A DNA stretch of 64,000 nucleotides, taken from the NCBI GenBank assembly GCA_964016885.1, contig OZ024742.1, positions 224,440,001-224,504,000 of the forward strand, read 5' to 3'. Position numbers and translations under genes: made by a program. Below the pieces are notes generated by a model. That model was not told where the DNA came from and searched no databases. It saw nothing but the letters and a program-made list of their open reading frames with translations. Below are positions 43,036-57,109 of this stretch, piece by piece. This DNA comes from Eledone cirrhosa. Lineage: Eukaryota. Every line of letters starts with the position of its first letter. Within the stretch, counting starts at the first letter, position 1.

Positions 43036-43228
43036 AAAACAAAGGGAATTGTGGTAAGGAACCAGATGGACCATAACGCACGAGAGTACTCAATACTTAG
43101 GGTAGTAGAGTGGGAAATAGGAAAAAGTATGACCCCGACGGCAGAGCTCAAGCCGTTTCGACGGCTATTTCTGGACCAGCAATAACCGTCGAAACGGCTT
43201 GAGCTCTACCGTCGGGGTCATACATTTT

Positions 43229-43233
<5 letters not shown>
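43035..43233 (-). mobile_element. P1-family fold-back
   Basis: Inverted repeat 43117-43233 with a 1-nt loop at 43175; (TA)n on both sides. Confidence 0.88.
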
Positions 43234-43279
<46 letters not shown>

Positions 43280-43285
<6 letters not shown>

Positions 43286-43543
43286 AGTATATGTTGGTTG
43301 TATACCACACGTCAGTATGCAGATTGGAGCACTCGACGAAGTGCGCAGGTTGGTTTGGTTACTCCGGAGTAATGTAAAATAAAATAAAATAAATAAGTCA
43401 AATGTTTAAAATTTGGCTTCGCTTATTACTGCTATATATATTTTGGTGACAGCCATCTCTGGCTGTCACCAAAATATATATAGCAGTAATAAGCGAAGCC
43501 AAATTTTAAACATTTGACTTATTTATTTTATTTTATTTTATTT

Positions 43544-43550
<7 letters not shown>
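43280..43550 (-). mobile_element. Fold-back element, same family as 58669-59060
   Basis: Perfect inverted repeat 43375-43540 centred on GGTGACAGCCA-TCTC-TGGCTGTCACC. Confidence 0.9.
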
Positions 43551-43593
<43 letters not shown>

Positions 43594-43597
43594 TCTC

Positions 43598-44075
<478 letters not shown>

Positions 44076-44083
44076 CTTAAAAA

Positions 44084-44135
<52 letters not shown>

Positions 44136-44182
44136 GTGAGATACTGGTGTTGGTACCAAACAAATATATCCTTTCTCGCATC

Positions 44183-44273
44183 ACCAGTCTGAGGACCAGA
44201 TCGATACTGGAGTTGGGTCCATAACTCACATTGTTCACCTTGAGCCATCCTCTGCGAAACGCGTGTAACAGGT
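44183..44273 (+). ncRNA. Type I hammerhead ribozyme with long stem II in a (TA)n-flanked insert
   Basis: ACCAGT-CTGAGGA-(about 60 nt)-GAA-ACGCGT-GTA-ACAGGT. Confidence 0.6.
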
Positions 44274-44340
44274 CGATACGCTAATAATATTTTTCATATG
44301 TAAACGAAACTTCCATGTTTTTTCTATTATATATATATAT

Positions 44341-45058
44341 ATATATGAATGTATATATAGTGTATTTTGCAATACACTGTATGCTTAATTACAAGTATTT
44401 CGAAGACCTTACGCTATTGTTTTAGAGTAGTGACAGTCTCACTTACTTTAAATTTTCAGCAAACACGGGAGATAAAGCTGACAGAGCTCTGTTTCGTACT
44501 TTTTGGTACTTATCAAAACTAAGTACTCCACCTGTTTGCTGAAAATCATGAATGTTTAATTCTTATAGAATTCTAGAAATAATCAGGAACTGATTATACA
44601 GAGCGGTTGCTGGTCAAGCAGAAATTGAAAATTAGAATTGGTGCTCTGAAATATCGATATATATATGAATGTATATAAAGTGTATTTTGCAATACACCGT
44701 ATGCTTAATTAAAAGCATTTCGAATAAATCGTTATTTGAGAGCACCAATTCTAATTTTCAATTTCTGCTTGACCGGCAACCGCTCTGTATAATCAGTTCC
44801 TGATTATTACTAGAATTATATAAGAATCAAACATTCATGATTTTCAGCAAACAGGTGGAGTACTTAGCTTTGATAAGTACCAAAAAGTACGAAATAGAGC
44901 TCTGTCAGCTTTATCTCCCCTGTTTGCTAAAGATTTAAAGTAAGTGAGACTGTCACTACTCTAAAACAATAGCGTACGGTCTTCGAAATACTTTTAATTA
45001 AGCATACACTATATATACATTCATATATATATCGCTATTTCAGAACACCAATTCTAAT
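44341..45058. mobile_element. Retrozyme-like 320-bp unit: partial tandem plus inverted partial tandem
   Basis: Segment at 44341 repeats at 44661; 44730-45058 is the inverted copy; HHR in both arms; (TA)n flanks. Confidence 0.85.
44866..44910 (+). ncRNA. Type I hammerhead ribozyme, U3-A8 core variant (mirror copy 44476-44520 on minus)
   Basis: AGCT-TTGATAA-GTAC CAAAAA GTAC-GAA-A(C/T)AGAGCTCTGT-C-AGCT; GUC site, palindromic stem III. Confidence 0.78.
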
Positions 45059-45339
45059 ATATATATATATATATATATATTGTTATACTCGAGGAGGGTC
45101 ATATTGTTGTAATAATATCGCCAGAAATAATATATATATATATAATTCAAGTGAAAAATCAAAGATGTTACTTCAAATGGTTTGAAGTATTATCTTTGTT
45201 TTTTCAGTTTTACACTTGAATTAAAATTATTATGGTCTGTATTTTTCCCGTAAGCAATTAATATATTGAGCACTCAAGCATTTGGTAAGGAACGTTATAT
45301 ACATACATGCATATATATAATATATATATATAAAGAATT

Positions 45340-46242
45340 AGTATATCTACCAACATATATATACAGATGTATACCTATGCAAGAAATATATAGGTTTTGT
45401 CTTAGTAACATTGTGGTTCAATGCAAGGGGATGCAGAACAATTATATGAAAAACGTAAAATAAGAAAATTTTATTAATTAGCTTACTTACTTAAATATTC
45501 ACTCCGACTAATTAGTTTCTGAAAGGGAATATACATATTCTCCAAATAGAGATATGGAGAAACCTTTTCTTCATCAGGGAGTCATTCTTATCCAGCTAAG
45601 ATACCTGGCGATGCGCGGACACAGGGAACTTACACAAAAATAATTCAGTGAATGGATAAGAGCAAGCGGGGACTAAATTCCAAGACACTGAAAAAATCAT
45701 TGCCTTCTTGTTCGGTGGCAAATTCAAAAGAATCAATCACGTGACATCGAGGTTAATCAGTGAGGAGTGGGGGTGTTAAAAAGACAGTAGCCAAGCTGTT
45801 ACTATGAACTATAGTAGTAATTTTGGCAAATTTTTGCTCAACAAAATAATTTGGAGTTAAATTATAAAGAATATCTACCAACATATTTATACAGATGTAT
45901 ACGTATGCAAGCAAATATATAGGTTTTGTCTTAGTAACTTTGATTAACCTCGATATCACGTGATTGATTCTTTTGAATTTGCCACTGAACAAGAAGGCAG
46001 TGATTTTTTCAGTGTCTTGGAATTTAGTCCCCGCTTGCTCTTTTCCATTCACTGAATTATTTTTGTATAAGTTCCCTGTGTCCGCGCATCGCCAGGTATC
46101 TTAGCTGAGAATGACTCTCTGATGAAGAAAAGTTTCTCCATATCTTCATTTGGAGACTGTGTATATTCCCTTTCAGAAACTAATTAGTTGGAGTGAAATT
46201 TAAGTAAGCTAATTAATATAATTTTCTTATTTTACGTTTTTC

Positions 46243-46249
<7 letters not shown>
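45340..46249. mobile_element. Fold-back element with ~310-bp arms, a partial tandem and an HHR in both arms
   Basis: Arms 45441-45759 and 45941-46249; 45343-45406 repeats at 45871-45938; ends in (TA)n. Confidence 0.88.
45501..45582 (-). ncRNA. Type I hammerhead ribozyme (mirror copy 46114-46194 on plus)
   Basis: ACTCC-CTGATGA-long stem II-GAA-ACTAATTAGT-C-GGAGT; GUC site, palindromic stem III. Confidence 0.78.
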
Positions 46250-46336
<87 letters not shown>

Positions 46337-46451
46337 GTGTGTGTGTGTGTGTGTGTACGTGTATATGTCTTGACGACGTGTTTAATATCAAATAACCACA
46401 AAGCATCTGATTTGACACACCAATAACTATACCAATCCACCGCTCACTCTT

Positions 46452-46490
<39 letters not shown>

Positions 46491-46867
46491 ATCTCTCTGT
46501 CTATCTCTGTCTATCTCTGTCTATCTCTCTCTCTCTCTAGTTCTATCTCTTTATCTCTCTCTCTCTCACTCTTTTTTTCTTCTCTCTCTCTCTCTAGCTC
46601 TCTCTCTCTCTCTCACTCTCTCTCTATTTATATCTATCTCTCATGATAAAAAAATAAAATTTTAGTGACAGAAAAAAATGGTTGGAAAAAGATGAATGGA
46701 GACAGTGATGAATCACGTGATGTGTTGATGAGTTGTGTTGTTAAACAAGGTACTTTAAAGTACCAAACTTGGAGACTAATAAATCATGTGAAGTGTTGAT
46801 CGTTGTGATGTTAAGCAAGATACTTTAATGTACCAGCCCTGATCACATGTCATGCTCTCTTCACATT

Positions 46868-46960
<93 letters not shown>

Positions 46961-47003
46961 GTTTACATATACATTCATATATATATATATATGTTTGTAA
47001 TTT

Positions 47004-47064
<61 letters not shown>

Positions 47065-47150
47065 TATATACACATACAAATTACAAATATATATATATAT
47101 ATATGAATGTATATGTATACATATATTTATACGTTCGTGTGTGCGTACGT

Positions 47151-47192
<42 letters not shown>

Positions 47193-47360
47193 GTGTGAGT
47201 GCATAAGGGGATGAGAAAAGACGGAGAGGATGATAAAGAGCATTAAGGAGAGAAGAGAATGAAGAAAATGATATATAATCCTTCCAACCAAATCTATATA
47301 ACTAACATTATTTATAGGAAATAAAACTCTAGTGATGACGCCTTAATCACTTAGCTAATG

Positions 47361-47458
<98 letters not shown>

Positions 47459-47896
47459 AGTATGTATGTATATATGTATGTATGTATGTATGTATATATG
47501 TATGTATATAACTCCACTAATGTCATAAAATGGGTATTAAAAAAATGTCTGTCGTAGAACGTCCTTGTCTCACAGACTCAGCAAGCGTCTTGTTTTATTT
47601 CTCTGTATTTTCATAGAATAACCAAGAATCCGTCGTTGAGGACCATTTTTATTGTGTCTGTGTCTTCGGGTGTTTTATTATCATCTGCTGCCGCCATTTT
47701 AACCAAAGCCTACCACTGTCGCTACTACTGCTTCTACAACTGTCATTGACAACACAAACACACACACATATACATATATATGTGTGTGTACATCTCGTAC
47801 ATCTTCATATATATATATGAAAATGTACGAATAAAACCGTCTCTTATTTCTCTCTATATATATATATGTATATATATATAAGAATAAATAAGAGAC

Positions 47897-47961
<65 letters not shown>

Positions 47962-48112
47962 TATGTATACACACACACATATATATATATACATACTTAC
48001 ACACACACACACACACACACAAGACCGTGAAACTAATAAACCTTTGTCTGTACTGCCTCTCTGTTTTGTTCCCGTTCCATTTTTCACTATATATATATAC
48101 ATATATATATTT

Positions 48113-48241
<129 letters not shown>

Positions 48242-48303
48242 GAAAATAGAGAAATTAATGTGAGCAAGAAGCCAACATTTTGCTTTATATGTATATATAT
48301 ATG

Positions 48304-48336
<33 letters not shown>

Positions 48337-48340
48337 GTGT

Positions 48341-48380
<40 letters not shown>

Positions 48381-48739
48381 CATATATATATGTATATATA
48401 TATATATATATATACATTCTGTCTCGCCAAAAACACTCCATCACTCAACTAACTGTTGGTGGTGGCTCTCTCAAGTCATATCGTCCATTATCTATCTTCT
48501 CATCTAAAGTCTTCAACGTCATTCCCTTTAGTTGTTGTTGTTAATAGTGTTGATGTAGCTGTTGCTGTTTTTGTCATTGCTATTCTTGTGATTTGTTTTA
48601 TTACTGTTGTTGTTATTGCCTGGGATGTAATGTTTGTTATTGTTGCTGCAGTTCTTGTTGTTGTTGCTTTTTTAATTTCTTGCTATTGCTGTTGCTGCTT
48701 GATATTGTTGTGTTATCGCCCTTATTTCTGTTATCACTG

Positions 48740-49210
48740 CCACCGCCACCACCGCTGCCTCCGCCGCCGCCTCCGCCGCTGCCTCCGCCGCCGCCGCCGC
48801 CTCCGCCCACCTCCGCCACCACCGCCTCCGCCAGCACCACCACGGACGCCATCGCCACCACCAGCACCGCCTCCACCAGCACCACCTCCGCCAGCACCAC
48901 CTCCGCCAGCACCACCACCGCCACCACCACCTCCGCCAGCACCACCACCGCCACCACCACCGATTCCGCCAGCACCACCTCCGCCACAACCACCTCCGCC
49001 AGCACCAACTCCGCCAGCACCACCTCCGCCAGCACCACCATCGCCACCACCAACTCCGCCACCACCAACTCCGCCACCACCAACTCCGCCAGCACCACCT
49101 CCGCCAGCACCACCTCCGCCAGCACCGCCTCCGCCAGCACCACCTCCGCCACAACCACCATCGCCAGCACCACCTCCGCCAGCACCACCTCCGCTAGCAC
49201 CGCCGCCGTC
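48740..49210. repeat. GC-rich CCG/CCA 15-bp minisatellite
   Basis: CCGCCAGCACCACCT units; open in all frames on both strands. Confidence 0.85.
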
Positions 49211-49287
49211 GTTGTAATATTTAATGTCATTGTTTTCGTTGTTGCTATTATCTATCTATCTATGTACCCCCCCCTCTCTCTCTCTCT

Positions 49288-49360
<73 letters not shown>

Positions 49361-49488
49361 TATTTCTCCCAAATGAAACAGTTCTAGTCCTGTAGAAGCC
49401 ATTTCTATATCAAATATTTATACTCTGCTATGCAGTGAGTGCCTTACTTACTGTGGTTACCCCCGATTGAACCCGGGATAAACTTGTG

Positions 49489-49601
<113 letters not shown>

Positions 49602-49606
49602 ATATG

Positions 49607-49676
<70 letters not shown>

Positions 49677-49761
49677 AGTTAATATAAATTAATATATGAT
49701 AAACACTAATATAAAAGGAACCAGATGGACGATAACGCACCAAAGTACTCAATACTTAGGG

Positions 49762-49901
49762 TATATATATATGTGGATGTATATATAATGTATTTTGCAA
49801 TACACTTTATGCTTAACAAAATGCTTTTAATTAAGCATAAAGTGTATTGCAAAATACATTATATATACATCCATATATATATTGCTATTTCAGAGCTCCA
49901 A

Positions 49902-49908
<7 letters not shown>
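49762..49908. mobile_element. Short fold-back of the 44341 family abutting a P1 fragment (49710-49761)
   Basis: Inverted repeat about 49762-49881; shares the end TATTTCAGA..CCAATTCTAATATA with 45058. Confidence 0.8.
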
Positions 49909-49948
<40 letters not shown>

Positions 49949-50093
49949 ATATAGTTGTTATATAGTAAGGTGCATTATTGGTTGTGTAAAATGGTCCAAT
50001 AAATTTATGTTAGCAATATTAAGTTCTCCACGCTTTTGTATATCTCCAATTCCATTCAAGGGAACAGCTAGATGATGTAAAACGGAGTATAAG

Positions 50094-50465
50094 TATCAAA
50101 ATGAAAATCCGAAGGCAAGGTAAAATTCCAATCGTTTAATCACGACACATGTTTCAATAAGAGATAGATCGATCGTGAAGCCATGATCGATTATCACTGA
50201 TCTCATCAGGTGAAAATGAATTGTCTTCAAATTCTTGATATGAGGGAGAAAAATTAACGATGTTCTCTCACAGAATTCAATTCCTCAATTCTGTGAGAGA
50301 ACATCGTTATTTTTTCTCCCTCATTTCAAGAATTTAAAGACAATTCAATTTCACCTGATGAGATCAGTGATAATCGATCATGGCTTCACAATCGATCTAT
50401 CTCTTATTGAAACATGTGTCGTGATTAAATGATTGGAATTTTACCTTGCCTTCGGATTTTCATTT

Positions 50466-50470
<5 letters not shown>
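50094..50470. mobile_element. 377-bp palindrome with an HHR in both arms
   Basis: Centre 50282 with a 9-nt loop; right arm ends TTTTGA-(TA)n. Confidence 0.9.
50351..50424 (+). ncRNA. Type I hammerhead ribozyme (mirror copy about 50140-50213 on minus)
   Basis: TCAC-CTGATGA-long stem II-GAA-ACATGT-GTC-GTGA; GUC site. Confidence 0.75.
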
Positions 50471-50503
<33 letters not shown>

Positions 50504-50507
<4 letters not shown>

Positions 50508-50690
50508 GAAAAGATTCAGGACCCCGACGGCTGAGCTCCGGCCGTTTCGACAGTTAGATCTAGTTGTCGAAACGGCTGGAACTTAGCCGTCGGGGTCCTG
50601 AATCTTTTCATATTGCACACTTTACTACCCCAAGTATCGAGAACTCCAGTGGGTTATGGTCTAGCTGGTTTTTGCCACACTCTATCTGAT
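50504..50690 (+). mobile_element. P1-subfamily fold-back
   Basis: Inverted repeat 50504-50613 centred on TAGA|TCTA; GAAACGGC..GCCGTCGGGGTC; tail runs to (TA)n. Confidence 0.85.
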
Positions 50691-50763
50691 ATATATATAT
50701 ATATATAAATATATATATATAAATATATATATATAAATATATATATATAAATATATATATATA

Positions 50764-51569
<806 letters not shown>

Positions 51570-51574
51570 TAGTC

Positions 51575-51770
51575 ATAACTGTTTCTACTTTAGGCACAAG
51601 GCCAGCAATCACCCAGTGCATTACTGGTACTTTATTTTATCGACCCCGTAAGGATGAAAGGCAAAGGCAAAGTCAACCTCGGCGGGATTTGAACTCAGAT
51701 CGTAAAGGGACGTAACTATGCTGGAAAGCATGGTGTCCGACCCTCTACCGATACTGCCAATCCACCGCCC
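51575..51770 (-). mobile_element. SINE family A
   Basis: Full-length match to the consensus. Confidence 0.9.
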
Positions 51771-51943
51771 TTTTTGTTATTACTATATATATATAGTAAT
51801 AACAATATATATATATATATTAAATAACAATTATATATAGTAATAACAATAAATGTGAAGACTTAAATCCAAAGAGGGCTCAATAAGGATAAATATATAT
51901 CAAATATATAAGAACCCTAGAACAATATTTATATATACGTATA

Positions 51944-52134
51944 ATAATTGTTTCTACTATTGGCACAAGGCCAGCAATCACCCAGTACATTACTGGTACT
52001 TTATTTTATCGACCCCATAACGATGAAAGGCAAAGTTAACCTCGGCGGGATTTGAACTCAGAATGGCAAGGGCCGTAACTCTATGCGTCAAAGCATGGCG
52101 TCCGACCTCTACCGATACTGCCAATTCACCGCCC
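51944..52134 (-). mobile_element. SINE family A
   Basis: Full-length match to the consensus. Confidence 0.9.
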
Positions 52135-52311
52135 ATTATATATGCATATATACGTATAATAATACACACACACATATATATATATATATGTGTGTGTGTG
52201 TATTATTATACGTATATATAAAAATATATATTATACGTATATATAAAAATAGCCACAACACACACGCACACACGCACATACACACACACACACACACGCA
52301 CACACACGCAC

Positions 52312-52352
<41 letters not shown>

Positions 52353-53310
52353 TGTGTGTGTGTGTGTGCGTGTGTGTATGTGTGTATGTGCGTGTGTGCG
52401 TGTGTGTTGTTGTGGCTATTTTGGATTTTGTTATTGTTTTGTTCTCGTGGTGGTTCTTTGTTCCAGAAAGTTGGAACGGCAGTGAATTTAGCAGGTGATG
52501 AACTGATAGGGTCTTTTGAGTCGTCGGATTAAGTGATCGGCATTTATTCCACCTCTCTGCTCTGACAGTTCAAATCTTGCCGAGGTCAATTATATCTTTT
52601 ATTTTTTCACTTGAATAAAGTGAAAAAATAAAATATATTTTTCATAACCACATTTCACGTATATCCTCATATTTCACTAGTCACATTTCACATATATTCA
52701 CATTTAAAATATACTCATTGTTAACGTGTTGTCACATTTCACATACAGTCACATTCCACATTTCACGTATTTTCACATTTGACATATTTTCGCATTTCAC
52801 ATATTGTTACATTTCACACATTGTCAAATTTCAGCTATTGCCACATTTCACGTATTGTTACGTTTCACTTATCGTCACATTTCATATACTGTCACATTTT
52901 ACTTCTAGTTATAGCTTGTTTAGGTATATTAAACATTATTTCGTATCATTGTATCCAGATACAATAGTTTTACATATTAGGAACCTTTTAAATATGATTC
53001 CAGAGATCAAATTGAGACAGGGAGAGAAGGAGGGTGAGTGGGAGAGAGAGAGAGAGTAAAGTAGAGGGTAAGAGAAGTAGTGAGAGAAATGTAGGAATGA
53101 GGGAGAAGTAGAGAAACGGAGGCCGAGAGAGAGAGAGGGAGAGAGAGAGAGACAGCGAACACGGCGAGCATGACATAGAAGAGAGATTAAAGGGAGAGAT
53201 AGAGAAGTAATTAGAAGAGAAGGAGAGCAGATGGTAAGAGTAAGAGTAATAGAAAAAGAGAAGTTAGTTTGAAGGGACACTATATACTGGAGTTTAAATC
53301 ATACATTCAG

Positions 53311-53532
53311 ATAATTGTTTCCACTCTAAGCACAAGGCCAGAAATTTCAGGGGAGGGGAAAGTCGATTAAATCGACCCCAGTGCATTACTGGTGTTTTAT
53401 TTATCGACTCTGCCAGGATGAAAGGCAAAGCTAAATTTGGAGAGGGTTTGAACTCAGAACATAAAGGGCCATAACTCCATGCCTCGAAACACGGTGCCCG
53501 ACGCTCTACCGATACTGTCAATCCACTACCCT
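53311..53532 (-). mobile_element. SINE family A, long variant, with 13-bp TSD
   Basis: CATACATTCAGAT at 53300-53312 and 53537-53549. Confidence 0.88.
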
Positions 53533-54506
53533 CATACATACATTCAGATGATCAAATTTGACCTAGAGGGTTATAGGACATGAGCGCGACTGAGTTGTTA
53601 TGAAGTTCATTTCACAATCATGAAGAGTCTAGTTAGATCTCTCTGCGTGGCATATACAGTGAGTCTCTTTACTATCTGAACCAAGACTTGTGACTGAAAT
53701 TGTGTAGACGGAGACCGTGTTGTGGATTACATTTGTATATTAAATGGCTAGATTTTTCTCATATATTGTGCCATGCAGATTCAGCCTGAGAATTACGTTA
53801 AAGGTGCACCTGGTTATGTAATACTCAACCACATTAATTCCAGAGTCGAATATTTAGTTTATTAAATGACTGAATGTTCATCGTCGAAAACCGACAGAGA
53901 ATCCATAATCAAGATCATCATCATCATCATTATCATCATCATCATCATCATCATCACACTAGCCATCACCATCATCACCATCATCGTCAAGATGTTCATC
54001 ACTATGCCACCACCACCACCATCACCATATCATCACCATACCTCCACCACGTTCACCACCACCACTACCACCACAAACCACCATCACCACCACCACCACC
54101 ACCATCACCACCACAAACCACCACCAACCACCTACAACCACCACCACCACCAAGACCACCACCACCACCATATCATTACCATACCTCCAACACCACCACC
54201 ACCACCACCACCACCACCACCACCACCACCACCACCACCACCACCACGACCACCACCACCACGACCACCACCACCACCACCACCACCACCACGACCACCA
54301 CCACCACCACCACCACCACCACCACCACCACCACCACCACCACCACCGCCCTGGCACCTATTAGCAGCCCACAACAACAGAGGCAGTAGAATCCATTCCC
54401 CTTATCATTCAACACAAGATCATTTCTTAGTTTACTCCAATGTGAGAGCTTTGTTGGCATTACGGCTATCAAATATGTTGGCTACTAGCACTTTATCTCA
54501 GACAAG

Positions 54507-54571
<65 letters not shown>

Positions 54572-55936
54572 ACACACACACATACATACATACATACACA
54601 TTCACGTATACACACACACTCACATACATATTCACACATACACACACACTCACATACATATTCACACACACACACACATATATACATACCCACAAATACA
54701 CTGACGCACAGACACATAGACACAAACACACACACACACTTACACATACATACACATTCACGTATACACACACACTCACATACATATTCACACATACACA
54801 CACATATATACATACCCACAAATACACTGACGCACAGACACATAGACACAAACACACACACACACACACACACACATACACAGACAACAAAAACACAAAC
54901 ATACAAACACACAAAGTCTTAAACACTCACAATTACATACACAACCACACACATAGATACACACACAGACACACTCACACAAACCCACACACAAGTAACC
55001 CCCCCCCCCCCACACACACACATACACACATATAACCATACCCCCCACACACACACAAACGCATACACACAAGTGCACACATACACATACAGGCACACAC
55101 GCACAAACACATACAGACATATATTTAGCTATGATTAGCGTTAGCAATCTTTTCCCCTTTTCTCAATTTCAATTAGTAAGCTCATTTAGTTGTTGTCTCT
55201 CAACAGTTTACCGTCTGCAGCACATATTGAGGATAGGGGCCAAATGGAAGCTATCATCTAAGAACCAGACAGACAAACAATGACGGGCTGTAATATGTTA
55301 AGCAATGAGAATTAACAAGTAAAGCCGCACGAGATTTGAACGAGATTTAAGCTGTCAGATTTATACAAACCTAAAACGGGGGAGATTGTCAGCGGCTCAA
55401 GAGGAGATTAACACTTAATCGATATGGTAGCGTTTCAACAACAGTCTCACCCCGTCCCATCGAATGAATTTAAGAGATAGGAATTTATTTAAGATGGCTC
55501 TGTGGTGATTGTTATAGTCATTGAAAAACATAAATAAAGAAGTGAAGAGAATACTGTCTAATTTCGCGGGTGATTAAATAGCAGAACACATAATAATAAT
55601 AATAATAATAATGATGATAATATCTGAGGTTACTGGTAGTGGCTTGATGTTCATTTGAACACATTTTCCAGTTAAATAACATCAATGACTGAGTCACCAA
55701 GAAAATAATAATAATAGTTACGACTGGACCTAACACTTGAGGGAAATTTTATTTTCGGTTGACCGAACCATAAATGTTGAAAGGGTTGTTCAACAGTATA
55801 GCAGAGAATTCGATCCTTTTTTCTATTTTTTGTAGGGTGGGGGTCACCCTTAATTATAGAAGTAATCCCTATGGACGTCGTTATTACAAATCAGAAGAAC
55901 TCAGTAAATGAAAGCATTATCAAACGGAACTATAAA

Positions 55937-56237
55937 ATAATTGTTTCTACTTTGGGCACAAGACCAGCAATTACCCAGTACATTACTGGTACTTTATTTT
56001 ATCGGCCCCGTAAGGATGAAAGGCAAAGTTAACCTCGGCAGGATTTGAACTCAGACCGTAAAGGGACGTAACTATGCTGGAAAGCATGGCGTCCGACTCT
56101 CTACCAATACTGCAAATCCACCGGAACTACAAAATAATTGTTTCTACTTTTGGCACAAGGCCTGCAAATACTCAGTACATTACTGGTACTTTATTTTATC
56201 GACCCCGTAAGGATGAAAGGTAAAGTTAACCTCAGCG
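55937..56237 (-). mobile_element. Two tandem SINE family A copies (55937-56122 and 56133-56237)
   Basis: CGGAACTA(T/C)AAAATAAT duplicated at 55925-55941 and 56122-56138. Confidence 0.88.
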
Positions 56238-56303
56238 AAAGTATTGCACAATTGCAAACTACATCATAGAAGATGTATCATTGCAGATTTTCGTTTAAAA
56301 GAA

Positions 56304-56805
56304 TACAGGGTGGAAGGAAGGAAACTCCCTACTTAAAATTGCTAATAACTTTATTAATTATTGATCGATTTTCATAAAACATGTTTTATTTTGAACACTG
56401 TAATGGCAGAGTACAGTACAGTGTTAACATTCTACATGGACACCAGCATTGTCCACCAGTGTTTATAATTGTTTGGGTATATCCTCGACTGACTTCATCT
56501 GGAACTGAGACGGTATCTTAGTCAGTACATGACGAATGTGTTCCTCCAATTGAGTCAGAGTGTTTTCGTTTTGAGCTATAAACGTATTTCTTCGCTCATC
56601 TCCACTGGAAAAAATCGCATGGTATTAAATCAGGGCTTCTTGCTGGCCATTCATATGGACCTCGACGCCCCAGCCCACGTCCTGGCAATTGGACATCAAG
56701 CCAATCATGGACAGTGCGTGCAAAATGAGATTTCACCATCCTACACGAATGTAAGGTCATTGATGTTGTCCAAAGTGCAGGCCAAACGTTATAAGTAATT
56801 TTCAA
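56304..56805 (-). pseudogene. Tc1/mariner-superfamily transposase 3' fragment with terminal repeat
   Basis: WPARSPDLIPCDFFQW motif; TA|CAGGGTGG end at about 56304. Confidence 0.75.
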
Positions 56806-57109
56806 TAGAGAATAGGGAATCTATCCATTCTGTCCATAATTAAGAAAGGAAACAAAGTCGGACTGGGGGAAGCAGTAAACTGTAGTTATGTCCTAATGTA
56901 CCCGGTAGATTGTGATTGAGATGAATTTGCTTTATTTTAGGCTCAATGCCACTGCGTACTCATCGGAGAAGTGTCTTTTAACCATAACCTCGTTTGAACA
57001 ATGCCTTCTCAGAAGAATTTGGTAGACCGAAACTGTTAATTATATAGCATGCTGGCTTGGCTGTAGGGTTAAGATGTTCGCTTCTCAATCAGAAGGTCCT
57101 GGGTTAGAG

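Noticed and set aside
48456-49387. Proline-rich or mucin-like ORFs resembling formin or extensin
   Set aside because: A 15-bp minisatellite open in several frames on both strands, with no domain context or supportable splice structure.
53866-55035. 389-aa ORF
   Set aside because: Concatenated (CAT)n, (CCA)n and (CA)n microsatellites.
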